Shown in pieces: positions 53,460 to 64,000 of a stretch of DNA of 64,000 nucleotides (its first letter is position 1; the number at the start of each line of letters is the position of its first letter). Made by a program: the position numbers and the translations under genes. Below the pieces are notes generated by a model. The model saw only the letters and a program-made list of their open reading frames with translations, made no database searches and was not told where the DNA came from. This DNA is from Eledone cirrhosa (taxonomy: Eukaryota), in contig OZ024741.1 in assembly GCA_964016885.1 (NCBI GenBank), positions 169,570,001-169,634,000 on the forward strand. The letters are read 5' to 3'.

Positions 53460-55420
53460 GTCACAACAAAAAGCACCCAGTACTCACTGTAAAGTGGTCG
53501 TGTAGGTGTGTGTTACAACAAAAAGCACCCAGTACTCACTGTAAAGTGGTCTTGTAGGTGTCACAACAAACAGCACCCAGTACTCACTGTAAAGTGGTGT
53601 AGGTGTCACAACAAAAAGCACCCAGTACTCAGTGTAAAGTGGTCGTGTAGATGTCTTAACAAAAAGCACCCAGTACTCACTGTAAAGTGGTCGTGTAGGT
53701 GTCACAACAAACAGCACCCAGTCCACACTGTAAAGTGGTTGTGTAGGTGTCTCAACAAAAAGCACCCAGTACTCACTGTAAAGTGGTTGTGCAGGTGTCT
53801 TAACAAAAGCACCCAGTACTCACTGTAAAGTGGTCGTGTAGATGTCACGACAAAAAGCACCCAGTCCCCACTGTAAAGTGGTCGTGTAGGTGTCACAACA
53901 AAAAGCACCCAGTCCATACTGTAAAGTGGTTGTGTAGGTGTCACGACAAAAAGCACCCAGTCCACACTGTAAAGTGGTTGTGTAGGTGTCACGACAAAAA
54001 GTACCCAGTCCACACTGTAAGGTGGTCGTGTAGGTGTCAACAAAAAGCACCCAGTACTCACTGTAAAGTGGTCGTGTAGGTGTCACAACAAAAAGCACCC
54101 AGTACTCACTGTAAAGTGGTCGTGTAGGTGTGTGTTACAACAAAAAGCACCCAGTACTCACTGTAAAGTGGTCGTGTAGGTGTCACAACAAAAAGCACCC
54201 AGTACTCACTGTAAAGTGGTCTTGTAGGTGTCACAACAAACAGCACCCAGTACTCACTGTAAAGTGGTGTAGGTGTCACAACAAAAAGCACCCAGTACTC
54301 ACTGTAAAGTGGTCGTGTAGGTGTCACAACAAACAGCACCCAGTCCACACTGTAAAGTGGTTGTGTAGGTGTCTCAACAAAAAGCACCCAGTCCCCACTG
54401 TAAAGCGGTCGTGTAGGTGTCACAACAAAAAGCACCCAGTCCACACTGTAAAGTGGTTGTGTAGGTGTCTCAACAAAAAGCACCCAGTCCCCACTGTAAA
54501 GCAGTCGTGTAGGTGTCACAACAAACAGCATCCAGTCCCCACTGTAAAGTGGTTGTGCAGGTGTCTCAACAAAAAGCACCCAGTACTCACTGTAAAGTGG
54601 TCGTGTAAGTGTCACGACACAAAGTACCCAGTCCACACTGTAAAGTGGTGTAGGTGTCACAACAAAAAGCACCCAGTACTCACTGTAAAGTGGTCATGTA
54701 GGTGTCTCAACAAAAAGCACTCAGTCCACACTGTAAAGTGGTCGTGTAGATGTCAACAAAAAGCACCCAGTATTCACTGTAAAGTGGTCGTGTAAATGTC
54801 ACAACAAAAAGCCCCCAGTACTCACTGTAAAGTGGTCGTGTAGATGTCTTAACAAGAAGCACCCAGTACTCTCTGTAAAGTGGTCGCGTAGATGTCACAA
54901 CAAAAAGCACCCAGTACTCACTGTAAAGTGGTCGTGTAGGTGTCACAAGAAAAAGTACCCAGTCCACACTGTAAAGTGGTCGTGTAGATGTCACAACAAA
55001 AAGCACCCAGTATTCATTGTAAAGTGATCGTGTAGATGTCACAACAAAAAGTACCCAGTACTCACTGTAAAGTGGTCGTGTAGATGTCTTAACAAGAAGC
55101 ACCCAGTACTCTCTGTAAAGTGGTCGCGTAGATGTCACAACAAAAAGCACCCAGTACTCACTGTAAAGTGGTTGTGTAGGTGTTGCAACAAAAAGCACCT
55201 AGTCCACACTGTAAAGTGGTTGTGTAGGTGTCGCAACAAAAAGCACCCAGTACTCACTGTAAATGAGGTTGGCATTAGGAAGGGCATCCAGCTGCAGAAA
55301 CCAAGCCCAAATCAGTTCTGTATGAGCAAGACATGGTCACCTTACCTAGCATTGTCCACAACAGGACAACTCGTCTAACCCATGCTAGCGTGGAAAAATG
55401 GACGTAAAGCGGTGATGATG
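53460..55420 (+). repeat. 48-bp minisatellite (about 37-38 units) fused to a SINE/RTE-type 3' tail
   Basis: Unit gtcacaacaaaaagcacccagtactcactgtaaagtggtcgtgtaggt; runs into ...ggttggcattaggaagggcatccagc...catgctagcgtggaaaaatggacgt(gat)n. Confidence 0.95.
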
Positions 55421-55869
55421 ATTACTTCTGTGTACAATACACCCCCTATGTGTTTCAGTTTAATTCTTTACTCCTATCCAATATTAACCACATCAGTCTC
55501 AGAGGGACTATGAATGTCATAGTACGGCCTCTTCCTCTAGACCAGACAATTTAAAGAAGAAAAAATGCGGTTTGTGAGTTGGTGTATGGAATTGTCATCT
55601 AGAAGCCTAGAGCTTCATGCAATTTTTTTCCAAGGCTTCACACGTTTTTCAATTATCAGTGAAGTAAATTAAAACATGTCTACAGGCAATCACTAGATGT
55701 GTATTTTAGATTAACCCTTTAGCCATATCTGACCAGAATTCTCTCACTACTTTCTGTTCAAAATATTAATCACAATTTTTTTTTTAGGTCAAGAAACAGA
55801 ATTATTTATTTCGTCGTCAAATATTTGATTTAAAACGTGTTCAAATCTTTGATTCATTCGTGAAAATCA

Positions 55870-56540
55870 CAAGGTTAACAAGAAAAATTTGCAAAAAGGA
55901 AAGAGAATAGGGAAATATAGAAAAAAAAAGAGAGAAGAAAACGAACGCGAAGGGGAGGGGATGGCAAGAGCTCTGGTGTCGCAGAAGCGAGGGGAGGGTG
56001 ATTGGGCTTTGGGCCTAAAGCAAGAGGGAAGAAGTACTGCGCTCCGCTGACAAGACGTCAACAGCATTCCCCCAGACGATGGCCAGTGACACCCGTTCCA
56101 ACAGTCACCCAACCTCGTTGGGTTCCCTCCTCAGACGGGCCGCCGACGCTCCGATCTTGCGGAGGAGCTCGGCAGTACGAGGTCCAAGTACGCATGAGAT
56201 CTCGACGGTGACAAGTGCGAAGAGGAAGCGGTCGTACAAACCCCGGTATTTGTTTATTTTACGTTCAATTGCGAGGGGGGGGGGGGGCTGTGATGCCGGG
56301 GTTTGTGGCCGAAGCGACTAAGCTGGAGGCAGAGAATGTGTCGCAGCAGGTGGCGTCCCAGATGAGGAGATCTACCCCCTTCGAATGGGAATAGGGTGAT
56401 TCCGTCAGTCCGCTTGCCATCTCCGAGGTTAAGCCTGCTGGCTCCAGTTGAGATAAAAAACCAGCTGCGTTAAGGCTTCTTCTCAATATGTCATTGAGAG
56501 CAGCGTGTCGGAGGAACCGGCCTGCGTTGTGGCGGATTGA
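55870..56540 (-). mobile_element. CRE-clade non-LTR retrotransposon 3' remnant (restriction-like endonuclease)
   Basis: Frameshifted peptide RHAALNDIL...EPAGL...(DG)...LIWDATCCDT, then ERKINKY...VEISCVLGP...RVSLAIVWGNA, followed by a T-rich tail. Confidence 0.8.
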
Positions 56541-57024
56541 AATTTGCGAGTTGATTATTACGATCATGCCAAACTAAGGGCGGTGAATTGACTGAGTTGT
56601 TAGAACGTTGGACAAATATTTAGCAGTATGTACTATGGTTCTTTGCATCCTGAGCTCAAATACTACGTTAGTAAAGTAAAGTATCAGTTAATTACTGGGC
56701 TTGGTATAATCGCCTTTCCCTCCCCATAGAATTGGTGGCTTTGTGTCTGTGTTAGAAATAACTAATACCAGACTAGCGATACTACTGATATTTGTTTTAT
56801 CAATATAATGAGATTGAAAGTGTAATGTCAACATCTGCATAATGTACAATCAAAACGTTGAATAACAAAACTCAATTCAGTGTAATGTTATCTGCTATTA
56901 CTGGAAACTCGTCTACAAATCAATGAATGCTTCAACTTGTTTTTCCTCTCTTTTCTAAATACGAATCGTTGAGTCTACATAGGAAATCATTTTTATGTTG
57001 TTATTCATTGTTAAAAGGGTACAT

Positions 57025-57815
57025 TTTCAATAAAACACTCGTCTCCTGTCCTGTTAGAATTTTTTACCCGTTTTTTTTTTTTTTTTTTTGTGTGTGTGTG
57101 CTTTCAACTAATCTGACCTCCAAAAGCGTTGCAAATGACTTTTTTCGAAAAAAAGAGAGGAAGGGAATAGGAGGGGTATCTTCGGAGTTTTTTTTTTTCC
57201 TTTTCCAGGTTATTTCGTGTGCTTTCAACGAATCTGACTTCGAAATCACGCGAAAACAATTCCCCCTCAACACACAAACAGAAAGATTTCGCTGCTATTT
57301 CTAGCATGTTGGAAAGACACCCTTTTTTTCAGTTCTGATAGAAATTTTTTTCCCCTGGATTTTTCTGCGCTTTCAACTAATTTGACCTCCAAAAGAGTCG
57401 CAAAAGAATGTTTTTCCGGAAAAAAGGTGGGAATCCTCGGATTTTCCACGGTTAGATTTAGTGCTACTGTTACAATTAGGGTTTGGGTTAGGTTTAAGCT
57501 TAGGGTAAGGTTAGGTTTACACTTAGGGTTAGTTCAACATGCTAGAAATAGCAGCGAAATCTTTCCGTTCTAGGTAAAAGGAGTTATTTTCGCGTGATTT
57601 CCTAGTCAAATTCGTTGAAAGCATATGAAATAACGTGGACCCCCTTCCCATCATGAAAGAAAACTCCGAGGGTACTCTTTATCCCTATCTCCTTTTTTCT
57701 GAAAAAAAAAAGTTATTTGCTTTTGGGAGTCAGATTAGTTGAAAGCACACGAAAAAAAAAAAAAGAAGAAAGAAAATTTTGAACAAAACTGGAGACGGTT
57801 GTTTTATCAAGAATT
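57025..57815. mobile_element. Fold-back element with imperfect inverted arms of about 290 bp and an internal degenerate TTAGGG-like tract
   Basis: gaaagatttcgctgctatttctagcatgttg (57281-57311) pairs with caacatgctagaaatagcagcgaaatctttc (57535-57565); gtgctttcaactaatctgac pairs with gtcagattagttgaaagcac. Confidence 0.75.
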
Positions 57816-58767
57816 TACCGAGGTTTCTTTTCTTGGATACACCTAAGGAACAAATTTTCAAGCCTTTCTAAAAAGAATGAGTATAAACATTTAAAATGTA
57901 AGAAATTGCCGCTGATACCAAGAGAAACTACTTTGATAACATAATATCAAAGTTACCTCCCTTAAGCGAATAAATAAGACATTTTTATTAGTCAGATTTG
58001 TATCGTTCGATAAGAATCGATGTAAAGAATATTAAATACGACCGGATATGCAAGGCTCTGGCAGTATCGCTAGAGGGTCTGACGCCATGCTTTGCAGCAA
58101 AGAGTTACGGCCCTTTATGATCTGAGTTCAAATCCCGCCGAGATTAACTTTGCCTTTCATCCTTACGGGGTCGATAAAATAAAGTACCAGTAATGTACTG
58201 GTTAATTGCTGGCCTTGTGCCAAAAGTAGAAATAATTATTAAACTATAAAGGTTTACAGTTTTATATTAATTTGTATAATTAAATAAAATAAATAAATTC
58301 ATATGATTGTTAATTAATCGCTAAACATTTTTTGCGAAGCATCGTTGTGGAAATATCTAAAACGATGGAAAAGATCGTATAGTGCTCTGATTTATAATAT
58401 GGTTTGGCGTGGGTGAGTGTGGACTCTGGACTGTGTAGTGGAAAACGCAGGCTTAGTAACTTTCTTATGGCCAGAGCAAAAAATGTCAAGAAATAGGTAC
58501 GTCAGCTTGCCAGATGTTAAATTGGAATTATTTTATCTGGGAAAAGGAAGCGCACACCATAGGGCTACAGTAAGGGGCTCAACACCATGGTAACGGCTCT
58601 GTAGACATTTTCCTGTCATCTACTTAGAGGATATTGACAAATTTCCTTGAACTGATATATATATATATATATATGTTAAGACCCCCCTCCCTGTTATATT
58701 AAGCGTTAACCTAATATATCCCTTCCATATACTGTACCGATTGTGTTATTTCTGTTTACCTTTTACA

Positions 58768-58823
<56 letters not shown>

Positions 58824-59063
58824 ATGTATGTATGTATCTAAAAGGTAAACAGAAATAACACATATATATATATATATATATATAATACAAGGACGATTTG
58901 TTAAGCCTTCAATACGTTTATTGATTGGTGACGGGCGTTTCGCTATTGATCAGCTCAAAGTTCGATCTGTCTCGATTTGGCCAGACTCTGGAATCAAAAG
59001 CTCGTCGGACCTCTGTTATAGTAATGTCAGAATATATATATATATATATACATACATATATAT

Positions 59064-59132
<69 letters not shown>

Positions 59133-62110
59133 AAGAGAGAGAGAAAGAGAGAGAGCGAGAGAGACAAGAGAGAGAGAGAGAGAGAGAGAGAAGCACACTA
59201 TACATAAAGTATAGTTAATAATAAATTAATAATTGTTTCTACTTTAGGCACAAGGCCAGCAATTATCCCAGTACATTAGTGGTACTTTATTTTATCGTCC
59301 CCGTAAGGATGAAAGGCAAAGTTAACCTCGGCGGGATTTGAACTCAGACCGTAAAGGGACGTAACTATGCTGGAAAGCATGGCGTCCGACCCTCTACCAT
59401 AGTAATTGCAACTAAAACTAGAGATATCACATGGAAAAAAATCAAATCTGGAGTGAAATTCGGAGTTACCATATTTTAAAATCTGTTTTGATTGGTGATA
59501 CATACATACATACATACACGATGGCTGCCCCCTCGTTATTGAGTATGGCCATTGCACAATATAACATTATTAATGATTATTAATTAATTGTTTCTACTTT
59601 AGGCACAAGGCCAGCAATTACCCAGTGCATTACTGGTACTTTATTTTATCGACCCCATAAGGATGAAAGGCAAAGTCAACCTCAGCGGGATTCGAACTCA
59701 GATCGTAAAGGGACGTAACTATGCTGGAAAGCATGGCGTCCGACCCTCCACCGATGCTGCCAATCCACCGCCATAATTAATGCTATTGTGCAATGCCTGT
59801 GCGTGAAGATTTTATTTTAAATGAGGAAAGATTGTGCACTGCGCCAATCTCAATCTCTGAGCGACAGTAGCTATAACCCGAAAAGAAGAAAAGATCAACA
59901 TGATCGGTAACTACTGAGCCGCAGGTTTTATATTCCTGAGTAGCCTTCTCCTAGAAGAATGCTCTGACAATAGCTAGGGTCCTTCACTCCCAGTGGTTTA
60001 ACCGCGCGATCGGGTATTCAACCCGATTATTTCTATGTCCCCGCGCATATACACACATATGCGACAGGGTTACATGTTACCAGTAACACTCAAGAGTCAC
60101 CCGACATATGTAGCACTCAAGAGTGATCCGACATACATATATACATACATACATACATACATACATGGTGGCTGCCAACTCGTTTTCGAGTACAGCCACT
60201 ACTTTATATCCATGTAGGAGAACCCCTACCGATGCGCTGAACGAGTGTGACTTTTTAGTCCAGCCAGCGACTTAAAAACTCTGGTACAAACACTACACTT
60301 GTGGCAATTATTGACACACAGTGCTGGGCCCATGGTACCATGTGACGACAAGTGCAGAGAGATTTCCAGATATCAAGCAATGCCTGTGCTGTGAAGCTTT
60401 TATAGTGAGCAAAGGCACTGCACAAAGCCAATCCCACTCTCTTAACCAAGATGATATTTACCAAAAAGAAGAACAAGTCAACATCATTGGATACCATCAG
60501 GGTTGCAGGTGTTATATCAGAGTTTTCCTTCTAGAATTCTGCCTTGACAAAGGCTAAGGGGTCATCTCTCCCGGTAATTTTGGATGGTCATTGACTCTTA
60601 AGAGCTCCTTTGCCCTTTGACAGGTTTTGGTTTTAGTCCTGCAGGATGTCCAAAGTCACCCTCCTCACCAAGAAACCTTGGTGGGGTTGCCAGTTTAGTC
60701 GCCAACGACATACATACATACATACATACATACATACATACATACATACATACATCGAATGCCCCGTCGGTTACGAATTACCACGTGATTTGCACCTAGA
60801 AAGTTTCCCTCTGAGTCTCAAGTCCGGGCAAGGTTGTTTGTGGAAGACCAGCAGTCACCCATGCATACCAGTCTCCTCTCTTCACGCCACCGCCACCGAT
60901 GATGTCCAAAGGAAAGGCTATGGCTGATACAGCTTGACACCAGTGACGTCGCAACTCATTTTTACAGCTGAGTAAACTGGAGCAACGTGAAATAAAGTGA
61001 CTTGCTCAAGGACACAACGCATCACCCGGTCCGAGAATCAAATTCGCAACCTTTCAATTGCAAGACCAATGCTCTAACCACTAAGCCATGCGCCTTCACA
61101 TACATACATACATAATTACATACATAATTACAAGTACAATCCATTAATGGAAAAGTAAAAATATGTAAAACATTCTGCATCTAATCTAAAACATTCTGCA
61201 TGTACACATGTACAGATACAAGGCATATGCACATGCACACATATAACTGAAAAACATCCACATCCACACATACAATAACATCGATAGCTGCACACACATG
61301 CATGCAAGCAGACATGCAGACATATTTACGTAGTTGATGTGTAAATTCCAATGAGAGAGTCTTGTTTCTGTTAGAAACCGACTCTCTCTCTATTGGTAAA
61401 CATTTATAAAATTATACAACCAGAAGAACATACATACGCACGCGCGCGCGCACACACACACACACACACACATAGATATATACATACACACATACGTGCG
61501 TCCGTGACTTTATTTCTAGATAAATACCTCTAGATAAAAAAAAATATCACATATAATAAACGTGTATACTTATAGGAAGACAGCAAATGTCCGCATAGAT
61601 ACAAAATATTAGTTGTAGCATACCACCCCTTAGAAGTGTATTTGGATCCTCTTTCACAAACGAAGCACTGGATAAAGGAATCTGTAGAATAAAATCAAAC
61701 ATTTATTTCACAACGGATATTCGAACAAACTAGTAGACCAAATTATAGATTAACATAAACATAAATATAATTCATCAAATGCATTAGACATTATTCCCAT
61801 GAAATATATACAAAACGTGTTATATGAATAATATATGCATATAAACAATTGTGCTGACGAACACATAATATAAAATCTCATAAAACGCATTACAAAATAC
61901 ATTATAACCTAACACTACAAACGAACAAACCGAGCATTATAATAAATGTTCGGTAAACCGATACGTGCATATATATATGTGTGCATGTATGTATATATAT
62001 ACATACTACTGTACGTCTGTATACATATATGTATGTACGTATACATACATACTTACATTTAAGTAAGTGCCGTACTAAGAGTGAGAAATGAAATTTCGTT
62101 TCATTCTATT

Positions 62111-62164
<54 letters not shown>

Positions 62165-62355
62165 TAATAAAAGGAATTCCAGCTTTGTCTGATTTACTCG
62201 TTTTATTTACAATCCTTTAAAATTTATAATGGTATTAGAATGAAATAGTATGGTAGAATATTAAATGTTAAGTGTTAATTGACAGTCAAGTTTGCAATTT
62301 TCAACTGAAAATTTTCACAGTTGAAAATTGCCAACTTGACTGTCACCACAGAATA

Positions 62356-62394
62356 TGAACCTGAAGATTGCGAAAGCATGAAAGTACTTGTTCA
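62356..62394 (+). ncRNA. Minimal type I hammerhead ribozyme
   Basis: TGAAC-CTGAAGA-T-TGC(GAAA)GCA-T-GAAA-GTAC-T-T-GTTCA gives stem I TGAAC/GTTCA, GNRA-capped stem II and palindromic AGTACT stem/loop III. Confidence 0.75.
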
Positions 62395-62539
62395 ATTAAC
62401 ACTTAACATTTAATATTCTACCATACTATTTCATTCTAATACCATTATAAATTTTAAAGGATTGTAAATAAAACGAGTAAATCAGACAAGGTTAGAATTC
62501 CTTTTATTAATATAATCTTCTATACACAATCATACACAC

Positions 62540-62857
<318 letters not shown>

Positions 62858-63142
62858 TATTTACGTATCGAGAGAGAGAAAAAAAAGGGGAAGATAGGTG
62901 ATACATATAGTTATTTGCCAAGTAGCGTATGCCAAAGGTGCTCGATACTAGTGCCGGCAGTATTAAATATTCGAAGTGTTAATATTTAGTGGGCTAGAGA
63001 GTTAGCAGAGCCTAAGCACGTGGGAAAGTAAGAAATCGGAGAATAGAGCGTTAAAACATGTTTATTTAAAACAGCACCTACGTACGTTTCGCCCAGTTGG
63101 GCTTCTCAAGGGCATAAATAATCAAAAGTTTTGATTTTTTAT

Positions 63143-63182
63143 GCCCTTGAGAAGCCCAACTGGGCGAAACGTACGTAGGTGG
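63143..63182 (+). ncRNA. Minimal type I hammerhead variant with U3-A8 core (mirror copy on - strand at about 63074-63113)
   Basis: GCCC-TTGAGAA-GCCCA(ac)TGGGC-GAAA-CGTACG-T-A-GG. The core has U3/A8 in place of C3/G8; loop III is palindromic (ACGTACGT); stem I is short. Confidence 0.6.
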
Positions 63183-63254
63183 TGTTTTAAATAAACATGT
63201 TTTAACGGTCTATTCTCCGATTTCTTACTTTCCCACGTATATATATATATATAT

Positions 63255-64000
63255 TTCGTTTCTGAATTTGTTTAGCAAGATTCTTTATCTGAAAACGTGT
63301 GTTGAAACCGATATTGTTATACTTTGGGAGGGTCATGTTGCCAATAAGAAACACACGCACCAGTTGCTTTTACTTCAATTTATTATAAATTAAATTTATA
63401 AATTTAGGAATTTATATAATTTCCGGTTGGTTGGTTCCACAACCAGACGATTGTTCATATATTGTCAAAGTTCTTTCGTCACGCATTCTGTGACCTATTC
63501 AGTGACTGGGGATTCTTTTCTTTGTTTTTGTGCCTTTCCTTTGTTCTGTCCTACGCCATCTTGTTTTTGTGTGTGTGTTGTGTGCTTAGTTTGCGCATGT
63601 GTTACATCCGGGTGTCTGTGTGTGTTTATATTTGTTTATTTATTTGTTTATTTACATGTTACTGGTTGGTTGTTTGTTCTATGCGTGTGTGTGTTTTCAT
63701 TTTGTCCTTAATTGTAAGTTGTGATGTTGCTATTCCATTCATGCTTTCTATTTAATTTTGGTTGGAGTTCATTTATGTTTATTGCCTCTGTGATTTGTCT
63801 AAACATTGCGTCTTTTCTGTGTGTAGATTCTATTTTTATTTCTATGTTCTCTAATTTACCCTTATGTTCTATTTTAGAATGTTGGTAGAATACAGATGAT
63901 TCTTTACTATCTTGAAGCTCTCGCCAGTGTTCATTTATCCGTTCTCCTATACTACGAGCTGTCTCACCTATGTACACTATATTCTTTTGACTAAAGGAAT
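63255..64000 (-). mobile_element. Penelope-like element (PLE): 3' end of ORF with GIY-YIG endonuclease plus 3' terminal repeat; runs off the window
   Basis: ORF 63708-63977 VYIGETARSIGERINEH...H...H...RQITEAINI...PKLN is a PLE-type GIY-YIG C-terminus. The downstream region contains a hammerhead-like motif and ends at a (TA)n tract. Confidence 0.9.

Noticed and set aside
53460-55260. CRISPR-like regular array and the ORFs across it
   Set aside because: Units are contiguous 48-bp tandem copies with no unique spacers, there are no cas genes, and the context is eukaryotic; the ORFs result from a unit length divisible by 3.
57450-57532. True interstitial telomere or chromosome fusion site
   Set aside because: Only scattered degenerate TTAGGG-like units on one strand, inside a repeat element.
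61851-61900. CTGACGA motif as another hammerhead
   Set aside because: No supporting stem II, GAAA or stem I could be built.
56600-62100. A second host gene downstream of WDHD1
   Set aside because: I found no recognisable protein motifs or consistent exon chain; small or non-coding exons cannot be excluded.

Overview
AT-rich, microsatellite-dense animal genomic DNA. The SINE/RTE repertoire looks like an octopod cephalopod (inference). Positions 407-48124 (+) carry the last 19 coding exons of WDHD1 (And-1/Ctf4). I assembled these by hand into one continuous frame of 2677 nt (about 891 aa plus stop) with GT-AG introns and consistent phases, covering the end of the WD40 region, SepB domain, HMG box and C-terminal motif. 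The 5' exons lie upstream of the window. Introns and the downstream region are filled with transposons: two RTE LINE families (one near full length, with a PHD finger after the RT), two tRNA-derived SINE families, TTAA/piggyBac-type and TA/mariner-type MITEs, tandem non-autonomous Helitrons, CRE, R4/Dong and RTE-X remnants, SINE-derived minisatellites, and the 3' end of a Penelope-like element (GIY-YIG). The most striking unexplained structure is a set of long fold-back palindromes next to (TA)n tracts (50826-51364, 62162-62512, 63018-63238). They come from three different sequence families, and each carries a minimal type I hammerhead ribozyme motif. One is demonstrably derived from the Penelope-like element at the window end. 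Most long ORFs in the supplied track are repeat artefacts.
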